From Planctomycetota bacterium (GTDB lineage: Bacteria > Planctomycetota > PLA2 > JAEUHO01), in contig CBDCTJ010000007.1 of the NCBI GenBank assembly GCA_965222115.1, forward strand, positions 1,280,001 through 1,344,000: 64,000 bases of DNA. Reading direction: 5' to 3'. The first letter of the stretch is position 1; every line of letters begins with the position of its first letter. Of this stretch, positions 10,138 through 20,271 are shown one piece after another. Made by a program: the position numbers and the translations under genes. A model generated the notes under the pieces. It had not been told where the DNA came from, did not search any database, and saw only the letters and a program-made list of their open reading frames with translations.

Positions 10138-10539
10138 TTATGGCAGCGCCTTCGCGGTATTGCGGTCGGCGCCGTCGTAGGCCCAAACCGAGACCGGTGC
10201 ACCGATGCGATCCGTAAGGCGCTTGCAGATCTTCTCGCAAAGTGCCTTTGCCTCCGGATCGCTATCGCCGGTGACGAGGATCTCAAGGCGATAGTATTTC
10301 GAGCTTGGGCGCCATGCCATGCGTCCGCGCACGCCTTCAAACTCACGATGGCCCTCAAACGTCTCTTCGACGTATTCCACCATTTCTTCGCACTTTTCAG
10401 GTCCGAGTTTTACGACCTCGGATTCGCCAAAGATGCCCTTGATTTTGTCGCGATTGTCATAGGCCGCGTAGGCCACACCTGCCAGCGCCAAGAACATGAC
10501 AAGACTTACGAGTGGGTTGCGGGGTTTGCGCGTTGCCAT
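10138..10539 (-). CDS. Hypothetical membrane-anchored protein
   Basis: N-terminal TM/signal segment, GGAG upstream, coding-like composition. Confidence 0.7.
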   Translation of the reverse strand: MATRKPRNPLVSLVMFLALAGVAYAAYDNRDKIKGIFGESEVVKLGPEKCEEMVEYVEETFEGHREFEGVRGRMAWRPSSKYYRLEILVTGDSDPEAKALCEKICKRLTDRIGAPVSVWAYDGADRNTAKALP

Positions 10540-10813
10540 CGACTTCGATCTCCACTTCGTTGCCGACTCAAGCGCCCCGCGGGGCGACGTGACAGCAACA
10601 CCATCGCCTTTTCATCGACAACCGGCGTGGACAGACGTAAGCACGATTTGCGTTAGGTCGTATTTCGTGTGTGTTGGAGGCGGAACCATCCGTCGATTTG
10701 GGGTAGGTTCGGCTCTCGTGAGTTCCGAACCACCGCCCACCTCCTCGCAGGACCGTGATTCGCTGAGCGGGCCATCGGTACCCTGGCCTCCAGCGGGCGC
10801 CAAGACTCGGCGT

Positions 10814-11122
10814 GTGACCATTGTTGAGCGCATCGAGAGCGATGGCACTCGCGTCTACGAACGTACCCATGGCGACCCGCTGGAATCGGTTCACGCGCAT
10901 GGTCTCATTTGGCTGCTCGATGAACATGATCGCGCGCCCACGCCCACCGAGGCCGGGCGTGCGCAGATCGAGCTGCAGATTGCAACGACGTCCATGCGCG
11001 GCGGGCGAGTGGGTCACACCTACGCACTTAATGGCGGCGTGTTGGGGGCGCCCGGTGCAGACCATGTGCGCGGCGTTCTTTGGCGTTTTCTTGAGCGCGC
11101 CGTTGCCGACCTTTCGCAATGA
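10814..11122 (+). CDS. Small hypothetical protein upstream of the mrp operon
   Basis: 3' part of ORF 10496..11122; start uncertain. Confidence 0.45.
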   Translation: MTIVERIESDGTRVYERTHGDPLESVHAHGLIWLLDEHDRAPTPTEAGRAQIELQIATTSMRGGRVGHTYALNGGVLGAPGADHVRGVLWRFLERAVADLSQ

Positions 11123-11163
11123 GCGGTATTCTCTCGCCCACGTAGCCGCGATCGTCTCAACAC

Positions 11164-11691
11164 GTGCCGATCGACGTTGCGTCCCTGGGAGGGTGCGAAG
11201 CAGTCGTGGGCTTCTTGGTGACATGGCTCGTTTTGGCGGCGTTCTGGTTTGGCCTTTCTGGCTACACCGACGGCGTGCATCTAACGTTCGGCGCGTGTGC
11301 CGTAACGTTGGTGGCCGCCGTGTCTCATCGATACCTCACGGGCCAAGCGCGACTCGGCGCACTGGTGGGGCGTTTTATGCGCATGATCACCTACGGCCCG
11401 TGGCTCCTGTGGCAAATCGTGCTCGCCAATGTGGACGTGCTGATGCGTGTGCTCGGTTTGCGGGCGATTGACCCGTGCGTGGTCCGCATTCGCCCCGATT
11501 TGGAATCCGAGTTTGGCCTGGTGACATTGGCCAACAGCATCACCTTGACGCCCGGCACCGTTACCGTTGAAGTCGAAGACGACGGTGAACTGGTGATTCA
11601 TGCGCTGAGCCGCTCGGCCGCGGATGCGGTCATGTCACGCGTGATGGAGCAGCGCGTGCGTTGGCTTGAAGGACGGAACGCACGCAAATGA
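11164..11691 (+). CDS. mrpE: Na+/H+ antiporter subunit E
   Basis: LANSITLTPGTVTV and IHAL motifs; start may lie slightly downstream. Confidence 0.92.
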   Translation: MPIDVASLGGCEAVVGFLVTWLVLAAFWFGLSGYTDGVHLTFGACAVTLVAAVSHRYLTGQARLGALVGRFMRMITYGPWLLWQIVLANVDVLMRVLGLRAIDPCVVRIRPDLESEFGLVTLANSITLTPGTVTVEVEDDGELVIHALSRSAADAVMSRVMEQRVRWLEGRNARK

Positions 11692-11996
11692 ATGCCGTCC
11701 TTACTGCATCGGTCGTTGTAATCTTACTGGGTGTGCTCACCGTGGGCGTGCGCGTCTTGAAGGGTCCGCGCCTCCTGGATCGCATTCTGGCGACCAATGT
11801 TATTGGCACCAAAACGATCGTTCTCTTGGCATTAATTGGCTTTCTCGCGGGCCGCCCCGGCTTCTTTCTCGATATCGCGTTGGCCTACGCGCTGATCAAC
11901 TTCATCGCCACCATTGCCGTGCTTCGTTACCTGGAGCGCAAAGTGCTGCGCAAGCGCGCGCGGACGCAGTCCTCGACCGAGGGGGCTTCGTCATGA
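11688..11996 (+). CDS. mrpF: Na+/H+ antiporter subunit F
   Basis: KGPRLLDRILA, FLDIALAYALINFIAT. Confidence 0.92.
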   Translation: MNAVLTASVVVILLGVLTVGVRVLKGPRLLDRILATNVIGTKTIVLLALIGFLAGRPGFFLDIALAYALINFIATIAVLRYLERKVLRKRARTQSSTEGASS

Positions 11997-12340
11997 GCGC
12001 ACTAGGCATCTTTGGCAGCGTCTTGATTGTGCTCGGCGTGATCACCATGTTGGTGGGCGCTATTGGCGTGGTGCGCTTTCCCGACTTCTTTACGCGATTG
12101 CATGCCGCGGGGAAGGGCGACACGTTGGGGCAAGGGCTCGTATTGCTTGGCTTGCTCTGCTTTACGACGTCGTTCCAAGACGGGTTTAAGTTGGTGCTAA
12201 TTGTTGTCTTCATTCTGATCGTGAACCCAACCGCAACGCACGCGTTGGCACGTGCCGCTTGGTTACAAGGACTCACGCCATGGGTGGCGCCCGATAAGAA
12301 GCCATCGGGTGAGGCAAGCGGGTCGGAGGAGGCGATCTAA
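11993..12340 (+). CDS. mrpG: Na+/H+ antiporter subunit G
   Basis: GVVRFPDFFTRLHAAGKGDTLG, NPTATHALARAA. Confidence 0.93.
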   Translation: MSALGIFGSVLIVLGVITMLVGAIGVVRFPDFFTRLHAAGKGDTLGQGLVLLGLLCFTTSFQDGFKLVLIVVFILIVNPTATHALARAAWLQGLTPWVAPDKKPSGEASGSEEAI

Positions 12341-13017
12341 TGGAGAACCTCACCCTCGCCATTCTGATTGTGCTTGCTGTTGCTGCCGTGCGTGCGCGTG
12401 ACCTCGTGGCGGCCACCGCAATCTTGGGCGCCTACAGTTTGATGATGGCGTTTCTGTGGGCGCAAATGAACGCGCTCGATGTGAGCTTTACGGAAGCGGC
12501 CGTGGGCGCTGGCATTTCAACTGTGCTCATGCTTGCCGCGATTCGTCGCATTGGGCGTTCGGAGCGGCGAACGTCGTACAACTTGATGGTTGGCCCTGTT
12601 CTGTCCACGTTGCGCGTGCGCCGCGACGAATGGGAGCGTCGCGGGCAGCGCGCGTGGATGGACAAGGCCGGCGCACTTATCGTTTGTGCGTTGGTGGGTA
12701 TGGCCATGCTTTACGGCATGCGCGACATGCCGCGTGTGGGCGATCCAAATTCGCCGGCGAACTCCCATCCGCTCGTCGCACAACGGTACATCCACAAGTC
12801 GCCGAATCTCCATGGGCATCATGAGCCCTACGGAGAGGTTGGCTCGGCTAACATCGTGACGTCGGTGCTGGGTGACTATCGCGGTTACGACACGATGGGC
12901 GAAACCGTGGTGATCTTTACGGCATCGCTCTGTGTCCTGTTATTGCTGCGTGGTGCCGGTACGCCCCGTCGACGGGAAGAGGATGAAACACCGCCCTCTC
13001 CATCGGGGGGCTCATGA
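12340..13017 (+). CDS. Mrp subunit B-related protein (DUF4040 plus MnhB N-terminal part)
   Basis: ALDVSFTEAAVGAGIST, NIVTSVLGDYRGYDTMGETVV. Confidence 0.9.
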   Translation: MENLTLAILIVLAVAAVRARDLVAATAILGAYSLMMAFLWAQMNALDVSFTEAAVGAGISTVLMLAAIRRIGRSERRTSYNLMVGPVLSTLRVRRDEWERRGQRAWMDKAGALIVCALVGMAMLYGMRDMPRVGDPNSPANSHPLVAQRYIHKSPNLHGHHEPYGEVGSANIVTSVLGDYRGYDTMGETVVIFTASLCVLLLLRGAGTPRRREEDETPPSPSGGS

Positions 13018-13535
13018 ATACTACGGCGCCCCCCTCCAGTAGCCGCTCGGGCATCAACTACACCAACGTTGTCATACGCTTCATTGCGCGGCCGATGGTG
13101 CCGTTCATTCAATTGTATGCGCTTTACGTGCTTGGCCACGGCGAAGATGGGCCGGGCGGCGGGTTCCAAGGCGGTGTGATTTTTGCAGCAAGTTTTGTGC
13201 TACTCGCGCTGTCGCAAACGTGGGAGCAAGGGCGCGATGCGTTCCCGCAGACATTGGCCGACTTTTTAGCGCCAACTGGATGCTTGGTATATGCCGGTGT
13301 GGGCGTGATTTGCATGTTGGCCGGTGGCATGTTCTTGCAATACGGTGCCCTTGCGGGGAGCAACCCAACCCCCGCGGCTGAGAACCACGCCCACCACTAC
13401 GGGCTGATCGCGATTGAACTTGGTGTGATGATCACGGTGACCGCCAGCATGGTCACACTCTTCTTTGAGATGGCGCGCGACGACGACGACGCCGTCTTTG
13501 ACGATGAAGATGAAGAGGATGCGCCCAATGAGTGA
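13014..13535 (+). CDS. mrpB: Na+/H+ antiporter subunit B (MnhB domain)
   Basis: HGEDGPGGGFQGG, IELGVMITV; acidic tail. Confidence 0.9.
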   Translation: MNTTAPPSSSRSGINYTNVVIRFIARPMVPFIQLYALYVLGHGEDGPGGGFQGGVIFAASFVLLALSQTWEQGRDAFPQTLADFLAPTGCLVYAGVGVICMLAGGMFLQYGALAGSNPTPAAENHAHHYGLIAIELGVMITVTASMVTLFFEMARDDDDAVFDDEDEEDAPNE

Positions 13536-13911
13536 CATCTTCGATTACGTCGCGCTGCACTACAAATACATCGTCTATGCGGTGTTGATGTTGATCGGTG
13601 TGTATGCGGTGATGGCCAAGGGCAACCTTGTGAAAAAGGTCATCGGCCTCAACTTGCTGCAAACCGCCGTGTTTCTGTTCTACATCTCGGCGGGGCGCGT
13701 GGACAACGGCACGGTCCCGGTGGTGTGGCCCGACAAACCCGAAGGCATCAACTACGAAAATCCCTTGCCCCACGTGTTGATGCTCACTGCCATTGTCGTG
13801 GGCGTATCCATCACCGCGGTGGCACTGGCACTCATCGTCCGGATTCGTGCGGCTTACGGCACCGTCAATGAAGGCGAGATCCTCGCTCTCGATGAATCGG
13901 AGGATGCTTGA
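13528..13911 (+). CDS. mrpC: Na+/H+ antiporter subunit C
   Basis: NLVKKVIGL, NPLPHVLMLTAIVVG. Confidence 0.94.
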   Translation: MSDIFDYVALHYKYIVYAVLMLIGVYAVMAKGNLVKKVIGLNLLQTAVFLFYISAGRVDNGTVPVVWPDKPEGINYENPLPHVLMLTAIVVGVSITAVALALIVRIRAAYGTVNEGEILALDESEDA

Positions 13912-15392
13912 TGGATCGGCATCTACCGGTCCTCGTCATTGTCGTGCCGATGCTCACGGCACTGCTGCTTCCGATCGTTGCCCGCAAGCGCTACGCGTGG
14001 GCGTGGACGATGGTCATCGTGGCAAGCGCGTTCTCATGCGCCGGGTGTATTCGCCTGCTCTTGCGCGTGATTGAGGACGGGCCGATTCGCTATGCCATGG
14101 GCAACTGGCCTTCGCCTAGCGGCATTGAATACGTCGTCGATCAGCTCAACGCGATTGTGCTGGTCATGATTTCGGCGGTCACATTCCTGGCGGCGATTTG
14201 GATGCGTCGAGGGCTGCGCGGTGAGATCGCGGTGCCATCGCGGCCCGGGTTCCTCGCGGTCTTCCTATTGTGTGCCACCGGCATGATGGGTATTGCCATT
14301 ACCGGTGACGTATTCAATCTCTATGTGTTCCTCGAGATCACGTCGATTACGTCGTATGTGTTGATTGGCATGGGGAAGAAGCGGCAGGCGCTCTACGCGG
14401 GCTACAGCTATCTGATCGTGGGCAGCTTGGGTGCCACGTTCATCTTGCTGGGCATTGGCCATCTCTATATGGCTACGGGATCGCTTTCGATTGCTGATCT
14501 CGCCGGGCGATTGCCAGCACTCTATGACTCAAGCACCATTCGCACGGCGTATGCGTTCTTTACCGTGGGGCTGGCCATCAAGATGGCGCTGTTTCCACTG
14601 CATGGATGGCAGCCCGGGGCCTATACCCACGCGCCGGCAGCCTCCAGCCTATTCATTGCAGCCACGTCTACCAAGCTGTCAGCCTATGCGTTTTATCGCA
14701 TCACCTTCGACGTGTTTGGTAACGAATTCATCGTTTCGATCTTGCCCGATGTCCGCGAGGGTATCTTGATTTTGGCGGTTAGCGCAATTGTCGTGGGTCC
14801 CTTGTTGGCACTCAAACAGACCAACATGAAGCGACTCTTGGCATACTCCAGCGTGGGTCAAATTGGCTACATCATGATCGGGGTTGTACTCGACAACATG
14901 AGTGGACTGACGGGTGGCATTGTTCACTTCTGGAACCACGCGGCCTCTAAGGGATCGCTCTTCTGTGTGGCGGGCGCGTTGGTGTACTTGACTGGTAGCC
15001 CTAAGCTCAGAGACTTGGCGGGGCTGGGAAAGCGTGCGCCGTGGATGGCGGCAGCGCTCACCATTGGCGGGTGCTCGTTGGTTGGTGTTCCGCTCACAGG
15101 CGGATTCCTAACGAAGTTCCATCTGGGCTCGGGCGCGCTTGAGGCCGGTCGTGGCTACATTTTGCCGTTCGTTGTTGTGAGTTCACTGCTCACCGCGATC
15201 TACGTGTGGAAGATGGTGCAGTTGGTGTGGTTTATGCCGGCGTCCGACGATACGCCCACGCAATTTGAAGGTCGTGTGCCGTGGTCCATGCGAGTGCCCG
15301 CATTGATTCTGGCAGTGGCGTGCATCGTGCTGGGCGTCACATCAACCAATGTTGAGATTGCGAAATCTGCGGCGGAGGCTTTGCTTCGCTGA
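13911..15392 (+). CDS. mrpD: Mrp subunit D family (proton-conducting membrane transporter)
   Basis: TGDVFNLYVFLEI, KMALFPLHGWQPGAY, KRLLAYSSVGQIGY. Confidence 0.92.
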   Translation: MDRHLPVLVIVVPMLTALLLPIVARKRYAWAWTMVIVASAFSCAGCIRLLLRVIEDGPIRYAMGNWPSPSGIEYVVDQLNAIVLVMISAVTFLAAIWMRRGLRGEIAVPSRPGFLAVFLLCATGMMGIAITGDVFNLYVFLEITSITSYVLIGMGKKRQALYAGYSYLIVGSLGATFILLGIGHLYMATGSLSIADLAGRLPALYDSSTIRTAYAFFTVGLAIKMALFPLHGWQPGAYTHAPAASSLFIAATSTKLSAYAFYRITFDVFGNEFIVSILPDVREGILILAVSAIVVGPLLALKQTNMKRLLAYSSVGQIGYIMIGVVLDNMSGLTGGIVHFWNHAASKGSLFCVAGALVYLTGSPKLRDLAGLGKRAPWMAAALTIGGCSLVGVPLTGGFLTKFHLGSGALEAGRGYILPFVVVSSLLTAIYVWKMVQLVWFMPASDDTPTQFEGRVPWSMRVPALILAVACIVLGVTSTNVEIAKSAAEALLR

Positions 15393-16927
15393 TGGGCACG
15401 CTTGCGATGATGGACTGGGTCACGTTGAACACGCCGTTGGCGTGCATGGCCGTTTGTTTGACCGGTGTGGTCGGGATCATCGCCGCGCGCAAGCATCCCA
15501 ATGTACGCGAGGCCGTAAGCCTGCTTACGGCGGGAACCAATTTCGCGCTCGTATTTTGGATGTATCAACGCTTTCAGGCGGGCGAACAAATCGAGTCATC
15601 ATTACTCGAGTTGGTTCCGGGTCTCTCGCTGTCCTTCAAGGTAGATGCGTTGGGACTCTTGTTCGCGCTTGTGGCGTCGGGGCTATGGATCCTCAATACG
15701 CTTTACTCGATTGGGTATATGCGTGCCCACGACGAGCATAAGCAGACGCGTTTCTATTGTTGTTTTGCGATTGCGATTGCCGCCGTGATGGGTGCGGCAT
15801 TCTCGGCCAACCTCTTCTCGATGTTTGCGTTCTACGAGATGCTAACGATTTGCACGTATCCACTCGTCATCCACGCCGAGACCGATGTGGCGCGTGCCGG
15901 TGCGAAGCGCTACGTGAGCTATCTGCTGGGTACCTCACTCGCGTTCCTATTGCCTGCGCTATTCATTGTTTGGCATCACGCCGGCTCGCTCGATTTTATG
16001 CCCGATGGACTGCTTCGGGGAAGCGAGGCGGGTGCCGGCATCCTCGGCCTTGCATTCGTGATGTCGGTGTTTGGATTGGCCAAGTGCGGCATGATGCCGT
16101 TTCACAATTGGCTGCCCGCCGCCATGGTTGCGCCCACGCCTGTGAGCGCGCTGCTCCACGCCGTGGCCGTAGTGAAAATGGGCGTGTTTGGTGTGTGTCG
16201 CATCGTGTTTCACGTATTCGGTGTGGATCTCCTGGCTGACGTTGGTATTGCCGACTTCCTTGTCATCGGCGCCTGCTTCACCATTGTTTGCGGGTCGTTG
16301 ATTGCATTGGTGCAAGACAATCTCAAGCGACGATTGGCCTATAGCACCATCTCGCAGCTCAGTTACATCTTGTTGGGCGTTGCGCTCTTGGCGCCCGAAG
16401 CCGGTATTGGCGGCGTTTCACACATTGCTGCTCACGCGTGGTCAAAGATCACGTTGTTCTTTGCTGCGGGTGCGATCTACGTGGCTGCGCACAAGACGAA
16501 GGTCAGCGAACTGGATGGCATAGGCCGGCGTATGCCATTCACCATGGGCGCCTTCACGGTGGGGGCCTTGTCCATGATCGGCGTGCCGCCCACGGCCGGC
16601 ATCGTCAGCAAGTGGTATCTCGTACAGGGGTCGGCCGAGCAGATCAACTACGGTGTGATGGCCGTGCTCTTTGCGAGCACGGTGCTCAATGCCGCCTACT
16701 TCTTGCCGATCATTTGGCGGGCCTTCTTCCGACCGGCGCCCGTGGATGATCATCACGATGACGATCACCATCACGAGTCTTCAAGGCAGCCGTGGGGACT
16801 CAAGGAAGCGCCCTGGCCGTGTGTTGTGGCCCTCTCACTCACCGCGGTGGGAACGATACTGTGGTTCATCTTCCCTGAATGGTTCGTTGGACTTGCCCAG
16901 CAAGTCGTCGCCGGGGGGGGCTCGTAA
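15392..16927 (+). CDS. Second MrpD/MrpA-type antiporter-like subunit
   Basis: FAFYEMLT, KCGMMPFHNWLPAAMVAPTPVSALLHAVAVVK, LAYSTISQLSY; His/Asp loop near the C-terminus. Confidence 0.92.
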   Translation: MGTLAMMDWVTLNTPLACMAVCLTGVVGIIAARKHPNVREAVSLLTAGTNFALVFWMYQRFQAGEQIESSLLELVPGLSLSFKVDALGLLFALVASGLWILNTLYSIGYMRAHDEHKQTRFYCCFAIAIAAVMGAAFSANLFSMFAFYEMLTICTYPLVIHAETDVARAGAKRYVSYLLGTSLAFLLPALFIVWHHAGSLDFMPDGLLRGSEAGAGILGLAFVMSVFGLAKCGMMPFHNWLPAAMVAPTPVSALLHAVAVVKMGVFGVCRIVFHVFGVDLLADVGIADFLVIGACFTIVCGSLIALVQDNLKRRLAYSTISQLSYILLGVALLAPEAGIGGVSHIAAHAWSKITLFFAAGAIYVAAHKTKVSELDGIGRRMPFTMGAFTVGALSMIGVPPTAGIVSKWYLVQGSAEQINYGVMAVLFASTVLNAAYFLPIIWRAFFRPAPVDDHHDDDHHHESSRQPWGLKEAPWPCVVALSLTAVGTILWFIFPEWFVGLAQQVVAGGGS

Positions 16928-17301
16928 TGGCCGATCACCCGAGTGTGCCTAAGGACACGGAACTTTTGGACCTGGAAGGCAATCCGGTGCCGCGCAAGGC
17001 ACCCGATGAAGTGCCGGGCTTCTTTGATAAGAAAAAGAACGTTCGATTGCTGATCGTGCTTTCGTTCTTCGTGGTGCTTGCGCTCTTTGCGTGCGACTTT
17101 TTCCTCCACTACCACATTCACATGGGTGGGGAGCAGGTGCCCGGGTTCTATCTCTTGTTTGGACTCGTCGCGTCAATCATCTTAATTGTGGCGTCGAAGT
17201 TGTTGGCCAAGCCGCTAAAGCGCAAGCCCGACTATTGGGACGATGAACCGTTTGCGCAAGACCCCGTCCCCCGCGATGTGAAGGGAGGTAGCCATGAGTA
17301 G
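16927..17301 (+). CDS. Small 2-TM protein within the mrp operon
   Basis: Translationally coupled on both sides; ...PGFYLLFGL...LKRKPDYW. Confidence 0.8.
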   Translation: MADHPSVPKDTELLDLEGNPVPRKAPDEVPGFFDKKKNVRLLIVLSFFVVLALFACDFFLHYHIHMGGEQVPGFYLLFGLVASIILIVASKLLAKPLKRKPDYWDDEPFAQDPVPRDVKGGSHE

Positions 17302-19108
17302 CTTCCCTCCCGGTATTTGGTTGATCGTTGGGGGCCTGGCACTTGGCCTGTTGCCGAGCTACCTGCGACGTGTCGCCACGATTCTGCTTGGCGCACTCGC
17401 CGTGTTCCATATGGCCTCGCTTGAGGTTGGGACAACCATCGAATGGAGTTTCTGGGGACTCGACATTGCGATCCTCGACGTGGATCGATTGAGCCTTGTC
17501 TTTGGTTGGATCTTTTCCATCGCGATTCTCCTGTGGGGCGTCTACGCGTTTCATCTAAAGAGTCGCTTGGAGTCGGTGTCGGCACTCGTGTACGGCGGCG
17601 GCGCATTGGGTGTTGTCTTTGCCGGCGACATGCTCACCCTGTTCCTCTATTGGGAACTCATGGCGGTCGCGTCGACTGGTGTTGTGCTCGCGGGCACCAA
17701 ATCCGGCGCGCGCGCCGCCGCACTTCGCTATGTCACTGTCCACTTGGCGGGCGGCGTCTTGCTTCTTTTTGGCATCGCGTTGCGCGCCACCGGCCCAGCG
17801 GGCACACTCGAATTCGGCCCCATGGCCCTCGACTCGGTGGCCACATGGTTAATCTTCCTGGGCTTCGCGATCAACGCGGCCATCCCACCGCTTGGTGGAT
17901 GGATGCCCGACACCTATCCCGAAGGATCACCGTCCGGTTCCGTTTTCTTGAGCGCGTTCACAACCAAGACGTCAGTCTATGTGCTCGCGACGGCCTTTGC
18001 GGGCGAGTCGCTCTTGATCGCGCTGGGCGCGGGCATGTCGATCTACGGCATATTCTATGCGCTAAACGAGAACGACTCGCGTCGCATTTTGAGTTACAGC
18101 ATTATGAATCAGGTGGGATTCATGGTGTGCGGCATCGGTATTGGCACGGAGCTGGCCATCAACGGGGTGGCAGCCCACGCGTTTTGTCACATTCTCTATA
18201 AGTCGTTGCTCTTCATGTCGGCCGGTGCGGTCTACTACCGCACGGGGCTTACGAAGTGCACGGATCTTGGTGGGCTGTGGCGCACCATGCCACTGTCGTT
18301 CGTGTTTGGACTGATTGGCGCATTGAGCATCTCGGCCATGCCACTCACCAACGGATTTATTAGCAAGCCCATGGTGGTGGAGGCCGCAGCCCACGGATCG
18401 CATGACAGCGCGCTGTTCATGTTTGCGTACGTGGCGTTGTTGGTGGCCTCCGCGGGCGTGTCGCTGCACGCGGGCATTAAATTCCCCTGGTTCGTGTTCT
18501 TTGCCAAGGACAAGGGACTGCGTCCCAAGGAAGCACCGATTCACATGCTGTTGGCCATGGGCATCGTGAGCGCGCTGTGCATCGGACTCGGTGTCTACCC
18601 GGCACCTCTTTACGAGATATTGCCGTTCCATGTCGATTTCAATGCGTATACTGCCGAGCACGTCGTGTTGCAGTTGGAATTGCTGGTTGCCTCGGGTTTT
18701 GCGTTCTTCCTGCTACTTAAGATGCTGAAGCGCACCGACACCATCGTGCTGGACACCGATTGGTTCTATCGCCGGGGCTCGAAACTCTTCTTTCGCTTTG
18801 TGGCAGGACCGCTCATGGCGTTCTTCGGTTGGACAAGCGGACTCGTCCACGAACGCATCCCAGCCGCACTCAAATACTTCTCGCGCAACCCTGCTGGGGC
18901 CGTGAAGCTTGCAGTGGACCGCGCAATGCTTGCTGGTGCGGGCGCCTTCGGATCGATGCAAGCAATCGATCGCGCGCAGAAGCGACTGCGCGATGACCAA
19001 GCTCGCTACCTCGAAGATCGTCACGGCACGGAATGGCCGATTGGTGTCACAGTGCTCTACACGGCCGTCGCGCTTCTCATTTTCTTGGTGATCTACCTGA
19101 TTCGGTAG
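17294..19108 (+). CDS. Third MrpD/MrpA-type antiporter-like subunit
   Basis: AGDMLTLFLYWELMA, NAAIPPLGGWMPDTYP, SAFTTKT, HILYKSLLFM; GGAGG SD. Confidence 0.92.
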   Translation: MSSFPPGIWLIVGGLALGLLPSYLRRVATILLGALAVFHMASLEVGTTIEWSFWGLDIAILDVDRLSLVFGWIFSIAILLWGVYAFHLKSRLESVSALVYGGGALGVVFAGDMLTLFLYWELMAVASTGVVLAGTKSGARAAALRYVTVHLAGGVLLLFGIALRATGPAGTLEFGPMALDSVATWLIFLGFAINAAIPPLGGWMPDTYPEGSPSGSVFLSAFTTKTSVYVLATAFAGESLLIALGAGMSIYGIFYALNENDSRRILSYSIMNQVGFMVCGIGIGTELAINGVAAHAFCHILYKSLLFMSAGAVYYRTGLTKCTDLGGLWRTMPLSFVFGLIGALSISAMPLTNGFISKPMVVEAAAHGSHDSALFMFAYVALLVASAGVSLHAGIKFPWFVFFAKDKGLRPKEAPIHMLLAMGIVSALCIGLGVYPAPLYEILPFHVDFNAYTAEHVVLQLELLVASGFAFFLLLKMLKRTDTIVLDTDWFYRRGSKLFFRFVAGPLMAFFGWTSGLVHERIPAALKYFSRNPAGAVKLAVDRAMLAGAGAFGSMQAIDRAQKRLRDDQARYLEDRHGTEWPIGVTVLYTAVALLIFLVIYLIR

Positions 19109-19157
19109 TCGCTCCGGAAAATCCGCCTCGGGGCACTTGGTTTCTTACAATAGGCCC

Positions 19158-20099
19158 ATGAAACATGCAGTGACCGGCGCGTTCGGATACTCAGGTCGAT
19201 ACATCGCCAAGCGCTTGTTGGCGGCGGGGGAGGAGGTCATCACCCTGACCAACTCACTAGAGCGTGAAAATCCCTTTGGCGAACGCGTCAATGCGCATCC
19301 GTTTTGCTTTGATGAACCGGCGAAACTCGTGGAGGCATTGCGCGGCGTTGACGTGCTCTACAACACCTATTGGGTGCGCTTCAATCACAAGTCCTTTACG
19401 CATGCCGACGCGGTGAAGAACACGATGATCTTGTTCGATGCGGCCAAGGAGGCCGGTGTCAAACGCGTCGTGCACGTGAGCATCACGAATCCTTCGGAGG
19501 ACTCGCCGCTTGAGTACTTCAGCGGCAAGGCGCGATTGGAACGCGCGCTCAGGGAGAGCGGCCTGTCCCACGCCATTCTTCGCCCCACGGTGTTGTTTGG
19601 AAAAGAGGACATTCTGATCAACAACATCGCCTGGGCGCTACGACGCTTTCCGGTGTTTGGGGTGTTTGGTCGGGGTCGCTATCGCATGCAGCCCATTTAT
19701 GTGGATGACCTTGCGGAACTTGCTGTCGAACAAGGAACGCGTCGTGAGAACATCGTGGTTCAGGCCATCGGACCCGAGACGTTCACCTACCGCGAACTGG
19801 TAAAGACGATTGGAAAGGCCATCGGGAAGCGGCGACTTGTAATGAGCATGCCCCCGTTTCTCGCCCACTGGTTCTGCGTCATCGTGGGCAAGATCGTGGG
19901 CGACGTCTTCGTCACGCGCGAGGAGATCAAGGGGCTTATGGCGGACCTGCTCTACGTGGACGCCCCGCCGGCCGGAACGACCCGTCTCACCGAGTGGATT
20001 GCGCGCCACGCCGACACGTTGGGTGTGCGCTACGCCAACGAGCTCGCCCGCCGCCGAGACCGCAAGCGGGCCTACACCGCGTCACCCGCCGCGAGCTAA
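19158..20099 (+). CDS. Extended SDR / NAD(P)H-binding protein (NDUFA9-like)
   Basis: VTGAFGYSG Rossmann motif, YFSGK, LRPTVLFG, QPIYVDDLA. Confidence 0.88.
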   Translation: MKHAVTGAFGYSGRYIAKRLLAAGEEVITLTNSLERENPFGERVNAHPFCFDEPAKLVEALRGVDVLYNTYWVRFNHKSFTHADAVKNTMILFDAAKEAGVKRVVHVSITNPSEDSPLEYFSGKARLERALRESGLSHAILRPTVLFGKEDILINNIAWALRRFPVFGVFGRGRYRMQPIYVDDLAELAVEQGTRRENIVVQAIGPETFTYRELVKTIGKAIGKRRLVMSMPPFLAHWFCVIVGKIVGDVFVTREEIKGLMADLLYVDAPPAGTTRLTEWIARHADTLGVRYANELARRRDRKRAYTASPAAS

Positions 20100-20271
20100 A
20101 GCCACGCATCGGTGCCGGGAGCGAATGCGCAAGTTAAGAATTTGTGCCGGGAGCAAATGTGTGGGGTTGCCTGCAATTTGGTGGCGGGGAGAAATGGGGG
20201 GCCTCTATAGTCCCCGGGTTCGGGGCAGGAATTTCAGCTCGTCGCCGAATCAACCGTAGGGAGCCGAATCG

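Noticed and set aside
11164-19108. Membrane-bound hydrogenase (Mbh/Ehb) or complex I operon
   Set aside because: No NiFe large/small subunit, NuoH-like or Fe-S genes are present; only antiporter subunits.
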